Shown: positions 33,638 through 41,947 of the stretch, piece by piece
Numbering within the stretch: position 1 is the first letter of the stretch
How the letters are laid out: each line of letters opens with the position of its first letter
Assembly (NCBI GenBank): GCA_051942245.1
Contig: JAVECL010000154.1
Coordinates: forward strand, 1 to 41,947
Direction of reading: 5' to 3'
DNA length: 41,947 nucleotides
From: Trypethelium eluteriae
Lineage: Eukaryota
Notes under the pieces: generated by a model
The model's database searches: none
What the model saw: the letters and a program-made list of their open reading frames with translations, nothing else
Told to the model about the DNA's origin: nothing
Position numbers and translations under genes: made by a program

Positions 33638-34883
33638 ATGGCGACCATGACGATGAATCCTGAGCCCCATGCTAGACCAAGCTTCGAGCCCATTATTAAG
33701 GCGGCAGAAGCAGAGCGCAAGGCCAGAGGCGTTGTGCACTTTGACCCAAACAGACACTTGTCGTTTGCGACTCCCCCTGAGGTCTTCTCCATGGAAGACC
33801 TTGGTCTCGAAGGTGTTGGCGTCTCTCCTGTGGCTGTGTCCCAGCCATTCCAGCTCTTCTCCGAAGAGGCAGTGGAGCAATTTCGAGCAGAGGTCTTGAA
33901 CCCAGAAGTAATGACGAAATGCCGTTTCCAGAGCAATCTAGCTGCTTGTCAATTGCGTGGATATTCTCGAAAGTAAGTGTGTGGACAGCGATTCGACTCT
34001 TGGGCAGCTTGTCAAACTCACGATGATTGAAAGGTATGCACCATTCATATACGACGCCTGGAATAACTCAGAAACGCTCTCGATCATTTCCAAGATTGCA
34101 GGCGTCGATCTCATTCCAGTGGTCAATTTCGAGATTGGCCACGTCAATTTCTCGGTCAAGTCAGAAAAGGAAGCAGCAGAAGAGGTTTCCAGTATCACTC
34201 GAGCCAAGCGCTCTTTCGCTGAGGACGAAGGCATCGGCGGTTGCCCATGGGAAGACGATAAGCCTGTCGTTGGCTGGCATACTGACAGCTATCCTTTCGT
34301 GTGCGTGCTTATGCTCAGCGACTGCACCAACATGGTCGGCGGAGAGACCGCCTTGATGACAGGACGAGGCGACGTCATCAAAGTACGTGGACCTCAAAAG
34401 GTAAGATCGATGTTCTGAAAGTCGGTTCGAGCTTCACTGAGATCATCGTAGGGTTGTGCCGTTATTCTTCAAGGCCGCTACATCACTCATCAAGCTCTCC
34501 GAGCTTTGGGTGCGCAGGAACGTATCACCATGGTGACTTCGTTCCGCCCACGTTCTCCATACTTGCCAGATGACTCGGTTCTCACAACTGTGCGGCCAGT
34601 CTCGGATCTCAATGAGCTGTACACTGAGTTTGCAACGTACCGGCTAGAGATGCTGGAAGAACGTATTCGCAAACAGCTCAAGATCCTGCGCGATAACCAG
34701 CAAGCCAACAAGACTCTCGAAACCACTGCTCTCAAGGCTTTCCTGAGCAACCAAGAAGAGTTCATCAAACGAACCAACGAGGAACTTGTCGAGGAAGATA
34801 AGGTTGCTTTCGGCTACATGGAAGAAATCAAATTTTCATCGGAAGCTGCCACACCCCCAAAACGTATTAAGTCTGACTCCTAA
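33638..34883 (+). CDS. Uncharacterised fungal Fe(II)/2-oxoglutarate dioxygenase-like protein; exons 33638-33972, 34034-34400, 34452-34883
   Basis: WHTDSYPFVCVLMLSD (HxD), GGETAL, QGRYITHQAL (distal His), ERITMVTSFRP (RxT/S). Two GT-AG introns. Confidence 0.85.
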
Positions 34884-35670
34884 CGGGAGGGTGTATATGA
34901 GTCTAGGCTTCATCATGAGACAGATTGTTCCAGGTTGTATTGTGTAACGACTTCGATAGTGTGGTGCTTTGGCGTGTTTGATTTTGATAGCTTGTTCTGA
35001 TGCGAGGGGCTCAAAGCATTTGTTGGTTCCGGCTCAGATGGTCGTACAATGTAATAGTCGATTGGATAACGAATGCAAGTGGCGCGATTTTCATGCGGCT
35101 TTTCTTCTCGAGGACCAGTGAGAAATTTTAGTTGCTTTCGGATCGAAGGCACGATCAATGTCAAGGTTTTTCGTCACTTCTGGCTGGATTGTCATTATCG
35201 CTCGGGCTCGTCGATCTGAGTTGTCGCTTTTGGTGCGTTCGGATGGCGTGCCTTACAGCAGTTCCTCATCAAAGAAATGCAACGCATCATGCGAGCAGTT
35301 ACGGTCGGTTCTAAGGATAAATAGAAGAAAATCGACGTTAAGAAAGGACTGCTATGGAAGCCGATAGATCGCCGAGTAGACCTACACTTCGTGATGAATG
35401 CAGCATGAAGAAGAACAACAATTGCAAATATACACAACACATCCTCCAATACTGCCGTTTCTTCAATCTCACCACTAAACAAGAATGCAAAATCTGAGTA
35501 GGGTATAGTAATGAAGCTACGAGAAGATTTTCTAGCTTAATCAGAAGATTAAAGCTTCCCACTTGGGCACAAATTAGATTAAGGAGATGAGGGACAGGGA
35601 AGTATGTGGTCGGACTGGTGGACGAGATGACTTAGAAACAACAATTCCGTATGATCAAGGCTGCAGCTGT

Positions 35671-35700
35671 GTGAGAGTGGTTGAGAGTGGTTGAGAGTAG
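35671..35700 (+). repeat. Short 10-bp tandem repeat, three copies
   Basis: GTGAGAGTGG TTGAGAGTGG TTGAGAGTAG. Confidence 0.7.
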
Positions 35701-36170
35701 GTGGTAGAGATGGTAGAATAGGGATGGGAGGAGGCAGTGGATGGCAACTGCGGGGTCCTGCGGCTTATAAGGTTCAGGTGCGTGCATAACTTATGTTTGT
35801 GCACTATCCGACGCCTGTAGGTCATGTACGGAGGTACCTCCTGTAAGGTGGCGTGGGTGGGTGAGCACGGTGAAGTGGGAGAGGTGGGTGAGGCGTGTGA
35901 GCTGTTAGCGCGACAACCCACTGCCCACCCACCTGCATATCTCCCGCTTAGTGTGGGGAATGGAAATGGTACCATCTCTCCCCATCGAGAACACCCACGG
36001 AAAGCCGCCACCATCCACCTTCCTCGTTTTCGTCCGACTGCTCTTGCCAACTCTTCGAAAGTGCCTGCTCCTCACCACCCTCCGCGTGAGGCTGTTGGTG
36101 ATGCCGCAGGGTGGGCTTGGAGTTTTAAGCGTACATACAGAATTCTAGTCTACCCACCCTACACGCCACC

Positions 36171-39100
36171 ATGGACGCGCGAAATCCTAGGAATACACGC
36201 CACAAGACTCCTGTCAATGCCACTAACAACCCTCAAATCGCCTCTCTGGCGAGCTCGAGCCGATCTCAACCCAATCTCGTTGGTGCCACGCCAGCGGCGA
36301 CGGCGAGCCAAAGCAAATCAACCAGTAACTTGTCAGGCAAGGCTTCGACCAAGTCCCCTTCGCCAGTACTACGCACGTCGCGAGAGAACAGCGTGCAGGC
36401 TTCAGAAGGGAAAAGACCATCCTCGACGGAGCCGTCGGGAGATTCAGCTGCTGTACGCTCGGCACCCTAGCAACCTTGGTATCGAATTCTAACTATCCTA
36501 CTAGCTCAAACTTTTGAAAGGAGATCTCGACAATGTGAGGCAATTGATTACCTGCAAAATTTGCGATAGGCTTCTCTTCGAACCATTCGTCATTCAGTGC
36601 GGCCACACGTACTGTTACAGTGTAGGTACAGCAAAGCAGGGACGAATTGTATGCTGACAGCCCTCATAGTGCCTTTGCACCTGGTTCCTCAACAACAAAT
36701 CCAAAAAGACGTGTCCAGACTGTCGAGCACCTGTATCACAGCAACCGGCACCATCATATCTGGTAGGGAAAAGGGAGTAGATGGTGCTGACGTCCGCTTA
36801 CCATACTTGCAGATTCGAGAAATGACCCACATATTCCTAGCCCGTGCAGAGCTTCTAGCACCCGGTGAGAAGATGGAACAACAATTACAATGGCAGAAGG
36901 AAGAAGCGAGCACTGTACAGGAGGACCGGAAGAATACCAATCCGGTAACGGGCGGTCTTTTCAAAGGCTGCTTCAAACAAAGGCCTTCCCGCCCCAGATA
37001 CGCAATTCGAGACGAGGATGATGGAGTCGACCGCTGTCCCTCGTGCAGTTGGGAAATCGAAGACGGAGTATGCCCAGGCTGTGGGTGGGAGTTCGATGAA
37101 GATGGTGCGGTGATGAGACCCAGCTTTGGAGGTTTCAGCGATATGGACCCTTCGGAACGCGATCTGCTTGAAGAAGAGGAGCTCGATGGGGATCTTGAGC
37201 TTGAAGATCACGACTTCGCCGGACCTATGCCTTATTTGATAGACGAGGAAGATGAAGAGATGGCTGATGACCAGTCATTCGCAGTTAGGAGGTGGTTAGC
37301 GCAACATGGGGCACATGTCCCCTCAACCACCGCCATTCAGGGAGTTGGCCGGCGCCGAGCAACGCATAGTGCTTTGGGCAGCAGCAGACAGCATTCGTAT
37401 AGTGCCAGCCTTACCTCCCGCAGCGAGGATACGGAGATGGGTATCCTTGAAGAAGAGGACGAGGATGACCTGGACGAGGATTCGTCTATGGGTGGCTTCA
37501 TTGATGACCGTAGCGATCAGATGTCTCAGATAACCGCGTCTTCGAGAAGTCAAAGTTACCATCCACCCTCTACGGCCTCGAGGCGGAGAAGTGCACGTCG
37601 TCTGGTACAGTCGGAGACTTCCGCCATGTCCCCAAGGTCATCACAAAGTAATCAATTGGACGAGGATGATGATGAAGGGGGCCCTATCTCAAATGGGAGA
37701 CGGCGTATAAATCATGGCCAGGCTCGGCGTTCGCGCGTTGTGTTATCAGAGTCTGACGAGGGATCAACCTCTACCGAACGCAACGCGGAAGACAGACAAA
37801 GTCTACTGCAGGGCGGTTGGTCTTCGTTAGACCAAGACTCCGTCGTGGGTGACCGAGATGTTGATGATGGAGAGGAGAGCGATGGGGGAAGAACGACCGT
37901 TGGGTGGGAGCCGACCACGATCTCAAATGATCGACTTCGAAATGCTGGTTCTCTAACACCTACTGCAGATAGACCAAATCCCAGTCCTCGGCCTACTCAA
38001 ATCGGTCAGCCACGATTACCTCGAATGCCGAGTGGGCTACGCGGGCTACGTCATCGAAGTTCCATCATTTCTACCACATCGACAGCAAACCCAGAAGAAG
38101 CTGATGACGACGATTCTGAAGCTGAGCAATTTGACAGAGACGGCGATGTTGCTATGAGCGGCACACGACTACGACACCGTGTTTCTCGAGCTCGAATCCT
38201 CCAATCCATGCGCTTCCAAGACGCTAATGCGAGCGCGAACACAGGATCAGGATCAGGCAATGGCGGGGATATGGATAGTGACAGTACGTCAGATGCTTCC
38301 CTTACTCCCGGTCGTCGACAACAGCGAGCCCGAGCTCGCCCACAAGAATACGATCCCAGAATCAGCTGGATGTTCGCTCAGTACCAGACTGATGTACGAG
38401 AAATGAGCTCGAGTCAACAATCTGCCGGTGCTGAGCTCCTGGATCAGATGCGTGCCAGGACGCCAGTTTCACGGCCACGGACAGCGAATCGACAGCGTCA
38501 GAACAACCAAGCTTTTCCACAGCATCCATTAGAATCACCTACATCACCATTTGCGGTCCCGGGCCTTCGTGCGCAAATCCAAGCGAATGCTTTCACAAAC
38601 CAATCGGCCTTTGCAGCCTTACCTGCCCGCTCCAACATAAACAGCAATGGAGGAATCACAGGTGCCAACAGATCAGCCATCAATTCCCCTCGAGCTAGCG
38701 TTTCCAGCGGCCGCCCTCCTTCTCGTATTCAAATGAACACAAACGTAACTTCGAGTCCAGTGACGATGAACGGTAACCGAGCTTCTGGCTTCGAGTCTAC
38801 AAACCGGCCTCCCAGTAGGAACAACTCGAGACCGAATTCAGCAATGGGACGGCGGGTACAGGCTCCACAAGTAATGCACCCACAAGGCCTTACGGTTACA
38901 CCTGGTTTGAATTTTGCAGCGAGGCAGATTAGGGCCCCTCAGAGCAACCCTTATGCCATGTATCTACCACGGAGACAATCAAATCAGCGACTTCAACAGC
39001 AACCTTCGACCGCAACCTTGAGAGCTCGTGGTTCGACACGAACTTTACGCAGCCAGCCGTCACAAGCTGGCCTGCATGAGCAAGGAACGCCTGTGTCACC

Positions 39101-39728
39101 ACAAGCTGTTCGCCCTCAAGGATCTCGTGCTCAGCTCCGATCTCCGCCTTCGCAACAGCGCATTCGACCATCCAATGCACATCACCCGCGTCCAGTCGAA
39201 GTCCCTTCCCCGGTTCCTCCGATTTCGGGTGCTCCTCTGTCCAATGCACAAGTACCCGCAAGACCGTCAGCACCTTTCCGACCGCCTGCTTCCAACCCGC
39301 CCACGACTTCTACAGGAACCTCCAGAATTCCCGATGAGGAGCGCCTGAGACTGGCACGCGAGTTGATCAATCGAAGAACTCAAGAGCTGAGCAACAGTAA
39401 CCCCTACGCACACCTGAATCGACAGCGCGGCAGTAGTGTGGAAACCGAAGGAAGCTCTTCCGTATCCAGTATCCGTACCGCCGATACTATCCGAACAAAC
39501 AGTTCAGCTTCAACCTCATCTACTTCTGTATCTACAAGTGGAAGACCTGCGGCTCCAGCGGCAAATCGGGTACGGACAGCAGACACTGCTCGACCTTTTT
39601 CGAGTGCTTGGGAACCCCCTTCGGGAGCCGGGCAGCATAGGACTGCCGGAACGAGCATCGTAAACGCTCTGAATTCAGTCACTTCTAATACCAGCAGTAG
39701 AACAAGAGCGGAACAGGTGCGAGCTTAG
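36171..39728 (+). CDS. C3HC4 RING E3 ubiquitin ligase, Psh1-like, with long disordered tail; exons 36171-36452, 36505-36621, 36670-36762, 36813-39728
   Basis: Splicing reconstitutes CKIC...CGHTYCYSC...TCPDCR. A second Cys4 motif DEDDGVDRCPSCSWEIEDGVCPGCG and acidic GGFIDD tracts resemble Psh1-type proteins. Confidence 0.87.
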
Positions 39729-40270
39729 TGGGCAGACAATTTTTGAATTAAAAGGGCTCTCCCCGCTGTTGGATTGTAGGATGGATGGCACACGTAATTC
39801 CAGGAGTACGATCCCTGAGCGAAAGACTTTCATGACTATCTTTTTTTTCTAACGCATTCACAACTTGGATACCCGTCAGGAGATGGGATTTGGAGGTTTC
39901 TGACCAGCATCTGCCAATGCTGTCAGGCTACGAAATAGTGCTCTGGGGATAATTGCATCGAGCGTGGTGTTCCTGTGAGGGTCGGCTTATAACATGAAGA
40001 TACCAACTGCTCTGTAGGCTTCGCGGTCGTCTATAAAACCATTGAAATAAATCCATAACATTTCGCTTTAAGACCAAAAAAAAATAATGGCCCCACACGT
40101 CAAGGTGAGATTTCGCCTCCATCGGCAATCTACCGTAGATGGACCTCGGCTTTCCGAGGAGAGCGCCAAAGGATATAAGATTTCGTCAAGACACTGAGGT
40201 ATTCCCAACTGAGTCGGCATCCAACAATTCTTGTCAGGCGTCTTCGTGACGGTACTTGTATTCTCCAATT

Positions 40271-41438
40271 ATGGCCAGGCCTAAATTGACTTTGTATCTG
40301 GATTGCGTGTCCCCGTTTGCATATATGGCCTTTTACCTCACAAGAGTTGGTTCTGATGTCCTTATTCCCAGCTCTCTACATTATCATTCACTGGACTCGT
40401 GATACTGGTTCTTAATTTGCTCCAACGCTTTTTTTTCATAATCACGCGCTTTGATTCTATGGAGAGGACGAGGGATATGGCCAGAAACCAGTATCAACTC
40501 TTGCTCGCTACCTACGCTACTCTTTCCCTCCCTGAATCTTAGCCTATGCTTCCAATTCTATTCAATTTCAATAATCTGTCCGAACAGTAATGGCAGAAAT
40601 CACTGTCTGACATTACTCTAGCACTCCCCCGTCTTCAAAAATTGCGACATTACCTACATCCCAATCTTCCTCGGCGGCCTCATGAAAGCCTGCAACAACA
40701 CGCCTCCTATCGAGATTAAAAGTACGTCTGCGGCCCCCAATCTCTCTTCAAGAACCCTGCCCGCCTATGCGGCTTCTCCTTCTTTTTTCTTTTCCCTCTT
40801 CACTTCCCACTAACGCCACCTCCCTTTCCCCCCAACAGACAAATCCTCCTACCTCCCCGTCTCCCTCCGCCGCTACTCCACCCTCTTCTCCATCCCGCTC
40901 CACCCCTCCCAGCCCATGCCCACCAACTTCCCTCCCTTGACCCTCCAGCTCCAGCGCACCCTCTGTGGTCTGCAGATCCGACAGCCAGCTCGGCTCGGCG
41001 CCGCGTTCGAGGCGCTGTATCGCGCGTTCTTTGTGGAGCACCGATCCATTGAGAAGGCGGAGGTGTATGCGGCGATTTTGAAGGAGGTGCTTGGAGGAGA
41101 GGAGGAGGAGGTGAAGAAGGTGATGGAGGGAGCAGCGGCAGAGGGGAAGGAGAGGCTGAAGAGGAATACGGATAAGGCGCTGGGGGAGGGGGCGTTTGGG
41201 TTGCCGTGGTTTGTAGGTAAGTCTTTGGGATTTCCTTCGGTTCTTTGTCTTTGTCTGGTGTCTCTCTTGTCAGCTGTCGTGAGAGATTTGCATGAGAGCT
41301 GATGTTGAGGACGTGGTAGCGACGAATTCAGAGGGGAAGAAGGAATGCTTTTTTGGGTTTGACCATATTGGGATGGTCGTGGATCATTTGGGTCTAATTA
41401 GGGAGGGGCAGGAGAGGGGATGGAGGGCGATGCTCTGA
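40271..41438 (+). CDS. Kappa-class glutathione S-transferase / 2-hydroxychromene-2-carboxylate isomerase (DsbA-like); exons 40271-40345, 40622-40721, 40839-41216, 41320-41438
   Basis: LTLYLDCVSPFAY (catalytic Ser), IPIFLGGLMKACNNTPP, NTDKALGEGAFGLPWFVATN, FFGFDH. Three GT-AG introns. Confidence 0.92.
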
Positions 41439-41755
41439 TGTTAAGGTTAGAAGGGAGACACTTATGTGGATGTACTAGCAGATCAAGGGCGGCATTAACA
41501 GGAATTAGAAAGAAAAACTAAGGGAGAGCTTGTCTTTACAATATACAGGTATTTTCACTAGCTTTCATACGTTAAAGCTTAAGGCCTTTAACAACCAACT
41601 GACACTTTAGCTTGTAACGTCGGCGAAGTCAAAGAGACAAATATATGTCTCGCGTCAAGCTGTCATTGAAACTGTGCCACGGAGTAGATCGCCGAATCCA
41701 AAAGAGGCCGTAAGAGACCGGGATGGACATTTTTCATCAAACCTTTCCAAATCCA

Positions 41756-41947
41756 TCATGCCTTCGCCTTCCCCTTTCCCTTCCCCTTCGGCTCCCTCCT
41801 CCGCTCCCAAATCTGGCAATAACTCTCTTTCGTAAACAACGTCTGTGCCTCCGCTCCCTGAACATACAGATCCTGCGCCTCCACCCATTCATCCCTCGCC
41901 CGCTCCCTCACCTGCACCCTCCACACCTTCCTCTCCCTCTCCCCCTC
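41756..41947 (-). CDS. SAD1: 3' end of U4/U6.U5 tri-snRNP protein Sad1/USP39 (partial)
   Basis: A frame not in the track reads ...KVWRVQVRERARDEWVEAQDLYVQGAEAQTLFTKESYCQIWERRREPKGKGKGKAKA*, matching the USP39 C-terminal W..QDL.V...E.Y.QIW.R pattern. Confidence 0.82.
   Translation of the reverse strand, partial: EGERERKVWRVQVRERARDEWVEAQDLYVQGAEAQTLFTKESYCQIWERRREPKGKGKGKAKA

Noticed and set aside
23707..34883. Possible secondary-metabolite cluster (GliJ-like dipeptidase, MFS, dioxygenase, with a GST further on)
   Set aside because: No NRPS/PKS backbone. The dipeptidase is the membrane-anchored type, the GST is kappa class, and housekeeping genes (COX23, RING ligase) interrupt the set.
35530..35560. 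Small hairpin AGCTTAATC-AGAA-GATTAAAGCT in non-coding DNA
   Set aside because: Short AT-rich stem expected by chance, with no family features.
35824..36492. 222-aa plus ORF overlapping the RING gene start
   Set aside because: No recognisable domain. The frame from ATG 36171 splices correctly into the RING exons.
41655..41888. 77-aa minus-strand ORF
   Set aside because: Preceded directly by TGA and low-complexity. The overlapping frame encodes the Sad1/USP39 C-terminus.

Overview
Gene-dense eukaryotic DNA from a filamentous ascomycete (Pezizomycotina; Dothideomycete-like is my impression only), with short GT-AG introns, so most gene models were spliced by hand. Recognisable genes: mevalonate kinase (partial), STE24, an RPA14-like protein with a long charged tail, mitochondrial bL34, a synaptojanin-like SAC1/5-phosphatase, an Arg/Ser-rich ORF, a GRGGAGN-repeat (DUF3602-like) protein, an F-box-like hypothetical, MSH3 and CDC6 (divergent, MCB boxes), an M19 membrane dipeptidase, a four-exon COX23 missed by the ORF track, a 2OG-Fe(II) dioxygenase-like protein, a Psh1-like RING E3 ligase, a kappa-class GST/HCCA isomerase and the 3' end of SAD1/USP39. 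Accessory content: three copies of a TA-flanked foldback MITE with covarying arms and an inverted core; a divergent pair of damaged genes (fructosamine-kinase-like with two frameshifts, MFS transporter with one in-frame TGA); two candidate spliced orphan genes; and a recurring C-rich to G-rich switch along several coding strands. I see no clear novel multi-gene system, no CRISPR, and no tRNA or rRNA. All family calls come from motif recognition, not database searches.
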